Below, piece after piece: positions 46,452 through 57,092 of a stretch of DNA of 64,000 nucleotides. Under the pieces are notes generated by a model. It searched no databases. It worked only from the letters and a program-made list of their open reading frames with translations, and had not been told where the DNA came from. The position numbers and the translations under genes are program-made. The stretch is from an uncultured delta proteobacterium (GTDB taxonomy: Bacteria > Myxococcota_A > UBA9160 > SZUA-336), in the NCBI GenBank assembly GCA_963704165.1, contig CAVPHD010000001.1, forward strand, positions 576,001 to 640,000. The letters run 5' to 3'. The number at the start of each line of letters is the position of its first letter. Positions within the stretch are counted from its first letter, which is position 1.

Positions 46452-48700
46452 ATGATCCTCGGAAGACTGTCCGTCGGACGCATGATCCTCTTGATCGGCC
46501 TCTCGTTCCTGCTTCCGATCGCGCTTTCCACGACTCTGCTGATGCGGGAGCACTCGTGGGACGTCCAGCAAGCGGAGCTCGAGCGCTCCGGATTGGCTCA
46601 CCAGAGCGCACTCGTCGACATCCTCGTCGGCCTCGCCGAATACGCGCACGGAATGCGGGCCGGCGAGTCGGTCGCGAAGGCGACGTCCGACATCTCCGCG
46701 GGTTACACCGCGCTCGCCGAGCTTCAAGCGAGTTCCGCGAAGAGGCTTTCGACGACCGCGGAGGCGCTCGCCGCGGCCGAAATCGAGCTCGCTCGCTCCG
46801 GAGGCGCTCGAGGAGCAGTGGCGAAGTCTCGACCGGGAGATCACCGGGCTCGCGGGATTCGAGCGCGAGACCCGGCTTCGCGAGCTGCTGCTCACCACGC
46901 GCGCGCTGATCGAGTACGTCGGCGATACGTCGATGCTGGTTCAGGATCCCGAGATCGCATCCCGCTACCTGACCGGGCTCACGACCTCGACGATTCCGGA
47001 CAGCATCCTTCACATCGACGCGGTTCTCGCGGTCGGCTCGCGGACCACGGCCGGAGAGCGCCTCGCGGAGAAGGATCGCGAAGAGGTGAGCAGCCTTCGG
47101 TCTGGTCGTCGCACAGAGCGATCTCGACCGAGTGAGCACGCAAGCGACCAAGGCCCTGCAGGCGAGCGCAATGCTCGAGGACGGGGGCGAGTCGCTGCAG
47201 CGCGATCTTTCGCCGATTCTCGATCGTCACGGTCACGCACTCATCGAGCTCAATCAGGTCTCGATGCAGCTCGCGTTCACGAGTGACGCAGGTGCGTATG
47301 CTCCCGAGTTCTCGGCGGCGGTGCTCGATCGCGCTCCGGGAAAGCCACGGGCTCTGGCGAGTGGCGGCTTCGGGACTCGACGATCTTCTGGCTCGCCGTG
47401 CGGTCTCCCGCGCGCGCGAGCGAAATCTCACGACTCATGATCGTCGTCGCTTCTCTGATCCTCACGGCGCTGCTCGCGACGCGGATCGCGCTCAACATCA
47501 CGCGCCCGCTCGCGCAGGCGGTGACGGTCGCTTCGTCGCTGGTCGGCGCGGAAACCGAGTCGAGTCGGCAACTCGGCAGCGCAGGCGGGAACCAGCGAGA
47601 TCCTGCGCGCGACTCACGCGCTCGGCCGGCTCGCCGGCTCGCTGCAGGATCTGGTCGGTCGCGTGAAGGGCACCGTCGACAATCTCGGTCGCTCGGTCGA
47701 GGCGCTCTCACCGGTCGCCGAGCAGATCGAGCAGAGTTCGACGCAGCTCGGCGAAAGCTTCCGCGAGATGGATCACGCCAGCGAGGCGGCGGCGCAGAGC
47801 CTCGCCGTGGCGGCTTCGGCCGCGACGCAGGCGAGTCGCGGCGTCGATGAGCTCGCCGCGGGCGCGAGCCGCGTGAGCGAGGACATGGAGGCCGCGCGCG
47901 GAAACGTCGAGTCGGTCAACGACGCGATCCGCTCCGTGTCCGCCGCGGTGGAAGAGCTCTCGATGTCGCTTTCGGACGTCGCTCGGAGCTCGAACCACTC
48001 CGCGGGCATCGCGAACGGCGCTGCGCGGAGTGCACGCGAGACGACGGCGGCCTTCGACAAGCTGCGCGGCGCGGCCGAGGAGATCGGCAACGTCGTGAGC
48101 GTGATCAGCGACATCGCCGATCAGACCAATCTTCTCGCGCTGAACGCCCGAATCGAGGCGGCGAGCGCCGGAGAGGCGGGCCGCGGCTTCACGGTCGTCG
48201 CGAACGAGGTCAAGGAGCTCGCGCGCCAGACCGCGCTCGCGACCCAGGAGATCGAGGAGCGCGTGCTCTCGATCCAGTCGAGCACGCGCGCGGCCGTGGA
48301 CGCGACCGAAGCGATCGTGCGAATGATCGACGAGATCCACGAGAACACGCGCTCGATCGTGATCTCGGTCGAGCAGCAGACCAGCACGAGCGCGGAGATC
48401 TCCTCGAACCTCTCGGAAGCGGTGAATCGGACCGACGCGATTTCGCGCGCGGTCGCGAGCGCCGCTCAAGCGAGCGCGCAGTCGGCGGCCGGCGCGGTCG
48501 AGCTCTCGAGTCTCGCGGCGCGAATGTCGTCGTCGGTCGCGGACGCGTCGCGAAACGCCGACTCGGTGCGCGCGGTCGGCGGTCAGGTCGACAGCGCCGC
48601 GCAGAAGAACCTCGAGGTCTCGAGAGTCGCGCTCGGCGCGGCCGAGCGCGTGGCGGCTGAGCTCGAATCCCTGCGCGCGTTGCTGCGCGAGTTCTCCTAG
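46452..48700 (+). CDS. Methyl-accepting chemotaxis protein, about 5 frameshifts in the 5' half (errors or pseudogene)
   Basis: [37 protein letters not shown] signalling domain. TM, sensor, TM and HAMP pieces (ITRPL) are spread over consecutive ORFs 46452, 46933, 47132, 47283 and 47398. Confidence 0.8.
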
Positions 48701-49192
48701 GCGGTCCGCGACTCGAGCCGCTCGAGCGCGCGCTCGAGCTTGTCGTCCACCTGGCCCATGTGCGCCGCCAGTGTGTTCGTGGTGACTTCGAGCGCGCTGC
48801 TCATGCGCTGTTCGACGCCGTCGGTGCGCTCGACGAGCGACGCGGTCGCGGTCTCGATCTTCCTCCGAGCGACGCGAGGCTCGTCTCGAGGGTGGTTCGA
48901 AGGTCGGTGAATCGCGACAGCTCGGCCTGGTCGGCGAGCGCGCGCTGCTCCTCGACGATCTTGGCCAGGCGCCGCGACTCGAGCAGCATCGCGGTGCGAA
49001 GCGACGCCGCGTAGACGAAGAAGAGCGCCGCGATTCCGGCCGTCACCAGAAGCAGCGAGATCCCGAGCGGCACCTCGAACTCGGGAAGATCAGCGAGAGC
49101 GTCACCGGCGTGGCAAACGCGCTCCAATTCGCGGCGGCGAGCGCGAAGAGCACGAGCAGCACGGCGAGGACGGCGATTCGCAGGCTTCTCAT
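48697..49192 (-). CDS. LapA/DUF1049-like membrane protein, two frameshifts
   Basis: [29 protein letters not shown] / VPLGISLL...[13 protein letters not shown] / ...[14 protein letters not shown]. Confidence 0.6.
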
Positions 49193-49391
49193 GGCGGCTT
49201 CCGCCGGCCCGTCTTCTTCTCGCCCTTGCCCGCCACCAGACCCTTCACCTTGTCCACGGCCTTTCCGATTCCTGCTTGACCTTGCCCGCCGCCTGATCGA
49301 CCCGACCTTCGTCCTTCAGCTTCTTGCTGCCGACGAGTGCGCCCGCAGCTTCCTTCACCCGGCCCTTGAGTTCGTCCGACTTTCCGCCCAT
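49189..49391 (-). CDS. CsbD family stress protein, one frameshift
   Basis: MGGKSDELKGRVKEAAGALVG..LKDEGRVDQAAGKVK. Adding one G gives GIGKAVDKVK...stop overlapping the next ATG. Confidence 0.85.
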
Positions 49392-49466
49392 TTTGCGCCC
49401 CTTTCCGCGTGGATCAAGCACGAGTTCTTCGGCGCTGGATACCGGGTGCCGCGGGCTCGAAGGCCC

Positions 49467-49483
49467 TGCCAACAGTATTGACA
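49467..49483. promoter_or_regulatory. Palindromic regulator site
   Basis: TGCCAA-CAGTA-TTGACA, a near-perfect 6-5-6 inverted repeat in a divergent intergenic region. Confidence 0.45.
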
Positions 49484-49537
49484 ACGGGCACGACGCCGTC
49501 GTCGGATCCGACGTCGGAGGGGAGGTTGAAGGTGGGA

Positions 49538-50577
49538 ATGCGGAGCTGGGTTCCGGCGGCAGCGTTGTCGCTTTCGATGGGTTTCGCTGGGAGCGCGGAC
49601 GCGCTCCTGTTGACTGTCGATCAGAGCTTCCCGCTGGCCGGGTCCCCGGTGACGCCGAGGACATCTCGGTCATCTACGAAGGTCCGAACGCGGGCATCTA
49701 CATCCCGCACGACACCCAGGGCCTCGTCACGGTTCTCGACGTGAACACTGGCGCGTTCCTCTACGACTTCAGCTTCACGTTCGGCACGTTCCCGCACACG
49801 GAGTTCCGCGCGATGGACGTGCTGCCGAACGGCAACCTGATCATCGGCCAGCACGACGTGAACCAGGTCCGCGAGTTCGTGATCCCCGGGAATCCCGGCG
49901 ACGGCAGCGTGCCGGTCGCCACACCCGGCCTGATCAATTTCGCGCTCCCGAATCACCCCGATCTCAACCAGCCCTTCGACGAGTTCGAGTCGATCGCCGC
50001 CTTCGCGCGTCCGTCGGACGGCCAGGTGTTCCTGCTGATCGGCGAGGAGGGTCGAACCCCGACGGGTCAGTCCGTGGAAGCACCGGGAGAGGTCTACATC
50101 GCGCAGGTCGCCGGCTCCGGGATCACGGGCTTCACGAAGCTCTTCAACGTCCCGCTCGCCGACAACTTCGACGACCTCTCCGGTCTCGACGTGATCCACA
50201 TCGCGTTCGACGGTGCGGGCAACGTCGATCTCGCCGGATCGACGGTGATCATGACCGACGACAGCTCCGGCACCCGGTCCGGCGCGTTCGTGCTGAACCT
50301 GATGGGACAGATTCTCGAGTCCCTCGATGGTCCGGGGACCGGGACGACCGAGAGCTTCGAGACCCTGTTCGGCGAGCCGTGGCGCGATGCCGAGGGCGTC
50401 GATTACGACGAGGATTCCGGGGCCATCACGGTCTTCTTCAGCGACGGAGCGAGCGGCACGCCCGCGATCGTCCGCTTCGACTCGGTGATCGAAGCGCCTC
50501 CCGGCTCCCGAGCCGGCGGTGCTCGGCATGCTCGGGCTCGGTCTGGCCGCGCTCGCGCTTCGCCGCGTTCGAGGTAG
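49538..50577 (+). CDS. Secreted PEP-CTERM-like protein, frameshifted at both ends
   Basis: Signal peptide MRSWVPAAALSL..ADA; acidic beta-rich body (DAEGVDYD); in a shifted frame APEPAVLGMLGLGLAALALRR. Confidence 0.7.
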
Positions 50578-50597
50578 ACGCGCAGAGCGGGCTTCGT

Positions 50598-50939
50598 CTA
50601 GAAGAGCGGTTCGAGCTTCGCGGCCGTGCCGACCGCGTGCAGTCGCAGTCCGGTCGCATCGGACTCGGGCGCGTGCGCGAACGGATCGAGGGTGACTTCG
50701 AGACCGACGACCGCGTTCGCACCGAGCAGCCGCGCCTTGTCGCGCAGCGACTCGAGCAGCTCTCGCTCGGCCTTGCTCCACGCTTCCGAGCGATCCTCGA
50801 CCTGGTCGTCCTGCAGGAAGAGCTCGGAGCTGATCGGTCCGAAGTAGGCGGCGGCTCGCGTGCCGCTCACCCACGGGGACGTGTACAGCTCGACGTCGTT
50901 CTCGGAGTCCAACGGTGCTCGGGACTGCGTCTCACCCAC
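50598..50939 (-). CDS. YbjQ/UPF0145-like heavy-metal-binding domain protein
   Basis: LRDKARLLGANAVVGL...AVGTAAK; GGAG RBS before GTG. Confidence 0.65.
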   Translation of the reverse strand: MGETQSRAPLDSENDVELYTSPWVSGTRAAAYFGPISSELFLQDDQVEDRSEAWSKAERELLESLRDKARLLGANAVVGLEVTLDPFAHAPESDATGLRLHAVGTAAKLEPLF

Positions 50940-51049
50940 GATCTCCGCTATCGGCGTGGTCTGCGGCGGACTGTACGTAGATCCGTGTCGCCGCAGCGCT
51001 CGTCGCGCGCAGGCCCTCTCGGGTATCTTCCGCGCGCTTGCGGGGGGAG

Positions 51050-51968
51050 TTGCTGGTGCGGACGAGTGGATGGCCTGCCTACGCGTTGCGTCTCGCCTGC
51101 ATGGCGCTGTCGTGCGCGTGTGTCGCGGGTGTGCCGGAGCCGAAGGCCAGGCCTCGCGCCGGGCGACGCCTCGGGTGTCGCGCCGATCGTCGCGCGCGCC
51201 GAGGCCGCGATCGCGAGCGGGGATCTCGACTCGGCCATCGTCTCCTACCGCGAGGCGTTCGAGCGCACGCCCTGGAACACGCGCATCGCGAGCTCTCTGG
51301 TCGCAGCGTACGTCTCGCGCGCGGAGCGGAGAGCGCACGAAGCCCGGTGGCGCCAAGGGACTCGCGCTCGCGGACGCCGATCTGCGCGAGGCGCTCGAGA
51401 TCTCGCCGCAGCATGCCCGAGGCCCGGCGCAGCCTCGCCACCGTGCTGCTCGAGCGCGCGGCTCTGGCTCGCAGACGACGCCGAGGCGGAGCGCTTCCGC
51501 AGCGAGGCGAACACGCTCGCTCCGGATCTGGCCGAGCAGGACCCGGCGCTGCGTCTGCCGGTCGAGCGTCGGCTCGACGTCGCCTACGACCTGCTCGAGC
51601 GCGGCCAGCTCGACGCCGGACTCGACCAGCTGGAAGCCCTGCTTCGCGAGTACCCGCAGAGCACGGCGGCCGCGCGGTTGCTCGCCCAGGCGCTGGTCCG
51701 CAAAGGGGGTGTGCAGATCCAGCGAGCCGACTACGCCGGTGCGCGGAAAAGCTACGCGCGCGCGGTCGAGCTCTATGCGCAGCTCCTCCCCTGCGACGGA
51801 ACCCGCTGCGATCCGAGCGAGCTCGAACTCGCGCACCGGAACCGGATCAGCGCGGCGCTCGACTCCGCGAGCTGGGACGAGGCCCGGGCGGCGCTCACCG
51901 AGGCCAAAGCCGTCGGTCTCGCCTTCCCCGACCTCGAGCGGAAGTGGCCCGAGCTCCGCTCGCCCTGA
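51050..51968 (+). CDS. Tetratricopeptide-repeat (lipo)protein, several frameshifts
   Basis: TPR-like helices across frames: AIVSYREAFERTPWN, LREALEISPQH, LEALLREYPQS, ARKSYARAVEL. Confidence 0.6.
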
Positions 51969-52023
51969 CCAACCGCCTCTCGCCCCCTGCTATTCTGACG
52001 GCCGGATCACGGGGAGGCTCATC

Positions 52024-53664
52024 ATGGCGGTACATGGAGGCAAGCTCGCAGCGCGTGCGCTGAAGCTCGCGGGCGTCGATTGCATCTTCACGCTCTCGGG
52101 TGGACACGTGATGCCGATCTACGACGGCGCGCTCGACGAGGGCATCAAGGTCATCGACGTGCGCCACGAGCAGGCCGCCGTGCACGCGGCCGACGCCTAC
52201 AGCCGGTTGAACCCGGGCAAGCTCGGCTGTGCGGTGCTGACGGCGGGTCCCGGTGTGACCGATGGCGTCACCGGCATCGCCAACGCCTGGCGCGCGAACA
52301 GCCCGATCCTCGTGATCGGTGGGCAGGGGCCGTTCTCGAACCTTCGCCGCGGCTCGCTCCAGGAAATGGACCACGTGTCGATGATTCGCCCGATCTCGAA
52401 GTGGGCGGACGCGTGCTACGACACCGCGCGAATCCCCGAGTACATCGAGCTCGCGGCGCGACACGCCATCTCGGGTGTGCCCGGGCCCGCCTTCCTCGAG
52501 ATCCCGATGGACGTCTTGATGGGTCCCGCCGACTTCGAGAAGGCCTGGTTCCCGAGCTTCCGCCGCGCGCCGCGACAGGCGCCGGATCGTGCCGACGTGC
52601 TGGCCGCACTCGAGATCCTGGCCGGGGCCAAGCGCCCGATCATGATGGGCGGCACGGGCGTGAAGTGGTCCCAGGGCGGAACCGCGATGCGCCGATTCGT
52701 CGAGGAGACGAAGCTCCCGACGTTCCTGAACGGAATGGGTCGCGGACAGCTGCGCTTCGACGATCCGCAGTTCATGAACCGCTCGCGCAAAGAGGCGATG
52801 AGCAAGTGCGACGTCTTCGTGCTCGCCGGCTCGCCGCTCGACTTCCGGTTGCGCTTCGGGAAGGCGATTCCCGCGAACGCGAAGATCGTGCAGCTCGACA
52901 TGGAGAACACGCTGATCGGGCAGAACCGATCGGCCGATGCGGCGATCGTCGGCAACCTCGGCGTCGCGTTCGAGCAGATGCTGCAGATCATGAAGGAGGA
53001 GTCGCTCCGGCTCGACTTCACCGCCTGGCGCGACGAGCTTCGCGCGCTCGAGGTGAAGATCGAAGCGGGATTCCAGAGCCAGCTCGCCTCCGACGAGGTT
53101 CCGATCGACCCGCTGCGCATGTGCCGCGAGATCCGCGACTTCATCGACGAGGACACGATCCTGATCGGTGACGGTGGCGACATCGTCGCGCAGGCCGCGA
53201 AGGTCGTTCCGGTCATGAAGGAGAACTGCTGGATGGATCCCGGTCCGCTCGGCACGCTCGGCGTCGGCATGCCCTTCGCGCTCGCGGCGCAGCTCTCGTT
53301 CCCGGACAAGAAGGTGCTGATCATCTACGGGGATGGGTCGTTCGGTCTGAACGGATTCGAGTTCGACACCGCGATCCGCTTCAACCTGCCGATCGTCGGC
53401 ATCGTCGGCAACGACGCGGCCTGGGGGCAGATGCTCCGCCCGCAGATCGGGATCTACGGCAAGGACCGCGCGGTCGCGACGTACCTGAACCCGACCCGAT
53501 ACGACAAGGTGGTCGAAGCCCTCGGCGGACACGGCGAGTTCTGCGAGCGGCCGGAGCAGATCCGGCCCGCGCTCGAGCGCGCGTTCGCGTCCGGAAAACC
53601 GGCCCTGATCAACGTGATGATCCGCCGCGACGAGACCGAGCCGAAGGGCAGCACCTACGTCTAG
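52024..53664 (+). CDS. ThDP-dependent enzyme (acetolactate synthase-like / 2-hydroxyacyl-CoA lyase family)
   Basis: FTLSGGH, VRHEQAA, TAGPG, GPLGTLGVG, GDGSFG...NDAAWG; GGAGG RBS. Confidence 0.92.
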   Translation: MAVHGGKLAARALKLAGVDCIFTLSGGHVMPIYDGALDEGIKVIDVRHEQAAVHAADAYSRLNPGKLGCAVLTAGPGVTDGVTGIANAWRANSPILVIGGQGPFSNLRRGSLQEMDHVSMIRPISKWADACYDTARIPEYIELAARHAISGVPGPAFLEIPMDVLMGPADFEKAWFPSFRRAPRQAPDRADVLAALEILAGAKRPIMMGGTGVKWSQGGTAMRRFVEETKLPTFLNGMGRGQLRFDDPQFMNRSRKEAMSKCDVFVLAGSPLDFRLRFGKAIPANAKIVQLDMENTLIGQNRSADAAIVGNLGVAFEQMLQIMKEESLRLDFTAWRDELRALEVKIEAGFQSQLASDEVPIDPLRMCREIRDFIDEDTILIGDGGDIVAQAAKVVPVMKENCWMDPGPLGTLGVGMPFALAAQLSFPDKKVLIIYGDGSFGLNGFEFDTAIRFNLPIVGIVGNDAAWGQMLRPQIGIYGKDRAVATYLNPTRYDKVVEALGGHGEFCERPEQIRPALERAFASGKPALINVMIRRDETEPKGSTYV

Positions 53665-53675
53665 CCGCACGGATC

Positions 53676-54349
53676 TTGCCGACCCCCTCTGGGGGCCTGC
53701 GACGCCGGATCTTCCCGCCGACGGGCACCCGATCGCGAACGCGGTCTGCCGCGGGCTCGCAGACGCGCGCGGCGTCGTGTTCGCGGGTGGGCGGATCGAG
53801 GCGCTCGTTCGGGTCGAGGGAACGGTGCTCTCGACGAGCCGTGCCGACGCGACCGAGTACGGTGTAGCCCAGGTGCGCCGAGCGCTGGCCGCGAACGATC
53901 TGCGCGTCCTGCACGTCGTCTTCGCGCCGGCTGCGCGCCGAGCGCTCCTGCTCGGCTGGGTCCGGCTCGAGAACTCCGGGACGGAGCCGCTCGCGCTCGA
54001 GTACACCGAGACCTGGGACATCCCCGCCGGGGGCTACGCGTCGGTACCGGGCGCCTGTGAGCGGCGTTTCGGCGGACACGTCTTTGCGCTCGCGGATTGC
54101 GCGATCGTCTCGCGCGCGGAGCCGCCGGCGCAGCCGCCGACGCGCGGGCTGGCGCTCGATCTGCGTCTCGCTCTCCCGCCGCGAGCGCGGCGCCACCTCG
54201 CGTTCGCCTATGTCGCCGTGCCCGAGGAGGAGGATCCGGGAGCACTCGTGCGAGCGTTTCGCGGCGAGGTTGGCGCAAGCCTCGAGGAGATCGGCCGCTC
54301 GGGTCTCGACCTGGCAGCCTATCGCGCGCTCGGCCGATACACTCCGTGA
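53676..54349 (+). CDS. Hypothetical protein (start uncertain; probable missing C near 53686)
   Basis: Open frame with coding-like codon bias from about 53688 to 54349; no family recognised. Confidence 0.45.
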
Positions 54350-54351
54350 AG

Positions 54352-55053
54352 ATGTCGAAACCCCGCTCGATGCACCGGGTCGCGAAGCTCTCGATCGCCT
54401 TGCTCATCGCCGTAGCGCTCGCGCCGGACTACGCGCAGGCCGGGCACAGCACCGACATCGTCCGGGAAACCTTTCGAACGCTCGACAGCGGCGACGGCCG
54501 CGTCGCGAGCTTCTGGTGGCTTCCGCAGGAGTACTGGGAACAGGTCGCCAAAGAGCTCGGAGTTCCGGCCGAGGAGCAGGAGAAGGTGCGCGTCGTATTC
54601 CGCGACTACCTGCTCGTCGGCGCGCTCGAGACGAAGCTCGACGGCGAGAAGAAACCGGGGTTCGCCAGCATCGCCGAGATCGCGAAGCGCGCGAAGTTCT
54701 ACCGCAACTCCGAGCCCGTAGAGGTGCTGCGCGACGTGAATCCCGAGCTCGCGCGCCTCGCGCCGGGCCTGGTGTACCTGCTCCGCGCATCGCTCGCGGG
54801 GCTCGGCGAAGGGCTGCGCCTGCTTCCGCTTGCGAACGTCGATGCGAAAGGGAACCCGATCCTCGCCGGATCTGCGCCCGGTGAGCTGCGGCTCGAGTAC
54901 CGCTTCGATGACGCCAGCCCGCCCCGTGAGGTGATCTGGCGCGGGCCGTTCACGGCGGTCGTCGGAGCGGTGAAGTGTCCGAAGGGCGGAGAGGCGCTCG
55001 AGGCGAACTACGGTTGGTGTCCCTGGCACGGAGTGAAGCTCGACGGCAAGTGA
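54352..55053 (+). CDS. Secreted hypothetical protein with C-terminal Cys/His motif
   Basis: Signal peptide (..IALLIAVALAPDYAQA); C-terminal CPKGGE...WCPWHG. Confidence 0.7.
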   Translation: MSKPRSMHRVAKLSIALLIAVALAPDYAQAGHSTDIVRETFRTLDSGDGRVASFWWLPQEYWEQVAKELGVPAEEQEKVRVVFRDYLLVGALETKLDGEKKPGFASIAEIAKRAKFYRNSEPVEVLRDVNPELARLAPGLVYLLRASLAGLGEGLRLLPLANVDAKGNPILAGSAPGELRLEYRFDDASPPREVIWRGPFTAVVGAVKCPKGGEALEANYGWCPWHGVKLDGK

Positions 55054-55079
55054 TCGGCGGCGAGCTTCCGGCCCGCGCT

Positions 55080-55706
55080 TCAGATCGGTGCGAAGACGAC
55101 GTCGATCTCGATCGGCACCGCGCCCGAGACGGCTTCGTGGCCGCAGACGGCCTTCAGGACCGCGAGCGCCTGCTCGAGTCCGAGGTCCTTCGCGGAGAGC
55201 ACGACGGGTCGGGTGTTGCGCACGCGGATCCGGTCGCGCGTCGTGCGCGTGATGCGCACCGGAACCGAGAGCGGGAACTTGGAACCGTGGATCGAGAGCT
55301 CCCCGCTGAGCGTCGTCTCGAGCTCCGAGCCGGGTGCGGTCAACGTCGCGACGCTCGGCGTCCCGGTCATCGCGAACCGCGCGGCCGGAAAGCCGACCGA
55401 GTCGAAGAAGTGCGCGCGCAGGTTCTCGTCGCGGCCGGCGTCACCGGTGTGGACGGTTCCGACACGCACCTCCACCCAGCCTTCGCTCTTCGCGACATCG
55501 AAGCCGCCCTCCATGCCCGTGAACGAGCCCGGCACGGCGACCGCGTTGTTCTTGATGCCGATGAACGAGATCACCGATTCCGACGGCACGAGCAGCCAGA
55601 GCCCCGTGACCGGCACCCTCGCGGAGCTGCCGAATACGCCGCTTCCCTGACAGGAAAGCAGTGCTGCGGTGGCGGCGACGACGAGTGCGGTGTGTGCGTA
55701 CTTCAC
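55080..55706 (-). CDS. YceI-like lipid/polyisoprenoid-binding lipoprotein
   Basis: Lipobox LLSC; SVISF, TGDAGRDENLR..FFD...FP.A.F, GELSIHG. Confidence 0.8.
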   Translation of the reverse strand: MKYAHTALVVAATAALLSCQGSGVFGSSARVPVTGLWLLVPSESVISFIGIKNNAVAVPGSFTGMEGGFDVAKSEGWVEVRVGTVHTGDAGRDENLRAHFFDSVGFPAARFAMTGTPSVATLTAPGSELETTLSGELSIHGSKFPLSVPVRITRTTRDRIRVRNTRPVVLSAKDLGLEQALAVLKAVCGHEAVSGAVPIEIDVVFAPI

Positions 55707-56899
55707 GACGCGTCCCGAATGCAGGCTTCCAGGATGTCGAGCGCCTGGCCGAGATCGCTCTCGGGGATGTTCAACGCGGGGAAGAGCCGCAGCACGCGAT
55801 CCGCCGTCAGATTGACGAGGAGCCCGCGTTCGCGCGCCTCCGAATGCACCCGCAAGGCGAGTGCGGGATCGCGCAGAACCAGGCCGATCAGCAAGCCGAG
55901 TCCGCGCGCGCACTCCACCTTCGCGGGCTCCGATCTCGCGAACGCGCCGAGGCGAGCGAGCACGTCCTTGCCGACGACCGCGGCGCGTTCGACGAGTCGC
56001 TGCTCCTCGATCACGCGAATCACCGTCGCTCCCGCGCGGCAGGCGAGCGGATTGCCCGCATAGGTGCCGCCGTGGTCGCCGGGCTGGATCGCGGCCATGA
56101 CCTCCTCGGTCGCCATGAAGGCCGCGAGCGGAAAGCCGCCGCCGAGTCCCTTGCCGAGCGTGACGATGTCGGGAGTGACGCCCGCGTGATCGCAGGCGAG
56201 CCAGCGGCCCGTGCGGCCGACGCAGGTCTGCACCTCGTCGGCGATCAGGAGCGCACCCGCCGCGTGACACGCATCGGCGACACGTCGCAGGTAGTCGGGA
56301 GGCGGAACGATCACGCCGCCCTCACCCTGTACGGGCTCGACGATGAACGCGGCGATCTCCGGAGACAGCGCGGCCTCGAGCGCGGCCGCGTCACCGTAGG
56401 GCACGAAGACGGCCTCGCGAACGATCCCCTTCCAGGGTCCGCGGTATTTCTCCTGGCCGAGGCAGCCCATCGCCCCGAGCGTTCGGCCGTGAAAGCTGTT
56501 CAGCGTGGCCACGAAGCGATTGCGGCCGGTCTTGCGCGCGGCGAGCTTGAGCGCGCCCTCGTTCGCCTCCGCGCCGCTCGACGTGAAGAACGATTGGTGG
56601 ATGCCGCGCGGTGCGAGGCGCGCGAGCCGATCGGCCAGATCGAGCTGCGGCCGCGTGTAGACGATGTTGGTCGTCTGCATCAGCGTGCGCGCCTGATCGG
56701 CGATCGCGTCGGCGAGCTCCGGGTGACAGTGACCGATCGAGGTCACGCCCCAGCCGGCGGTCAGGTCGATGAACTCGCGGCCTTCCACGTCCCAGACGCG
56801 CGATCCCGAGCCGCGCTCGAGAGCGACGGGCCAGCGGCGCACCGATGGCATGAAGACCTGTTTCTCGCGGGAGACGATCGCATCGAAGATCTCGGACAT
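55703..56899 (-). CDS. argD: Acetylornithine/class-III aminotransferase
   Basis: SGAEANEGALKLA, SFHGRTLG, EPVQGEGG, DEVQT, GKGLGGG, HGGTYAGNPL. Confidence 0.88.
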   Translation of the reverse strand: MSEIFDAIVSREKQVFMPSVRRWPVALERGSGSRVWDVEGREFIDLTAGWGVTSIGHCHPELADAIADQARTLMQTTNIVYTRPQLDLADRLARLAPRGIHQSFFTSSGAEANEGALKLAARKTGRNRFVATLNSFHGRTLGAMGCLGQEKYRGPWKGIVREAVFVPYGDAAALEAALSPEIAAFIVEPVQGEGGVIVPPPDYLRRVADACHAAGALLIADEVQTCVGRTGRWLACDHAGVTPDIVTLGKGLGGGFPLAAFMATEEVMAAIQPGDHGGTYAGNPLACRAGATVIRVIEEQRLVERAAVVGKDVLARLGAFARSEPAKVECARGLGLLIGLVLRDPALALRVHSEARERGLLVNLTADRVLRLFPALNIPESDLGQALDILEACIRDAS

Positions 56900-57092
56900 G
56901 ATTTCACCTCGGGCTTGCGAGTGACTCGATCAGGGGAGCACGTGACGTGCAGCTTCTGAGTCCCGCCGGCGGGAGGAGATCGTACGGATCTATCCGCGCC
57001 GGTGGGACCCGGTACGGGCGCGACGCGCGGACACGTGATCGAAGATCGCGAAGAGCATCGGCCGCGCAGAATGCTGCAGAGGAAATTGCGTG

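Noticed and set aside
46361..46491. Direct repeats TCTGAGAYGT x2 and GCATGATCCTC x2 near the MCP start
   Set aside because: Only two short copies each and no recognisable riboswitch or operator; could be chance.
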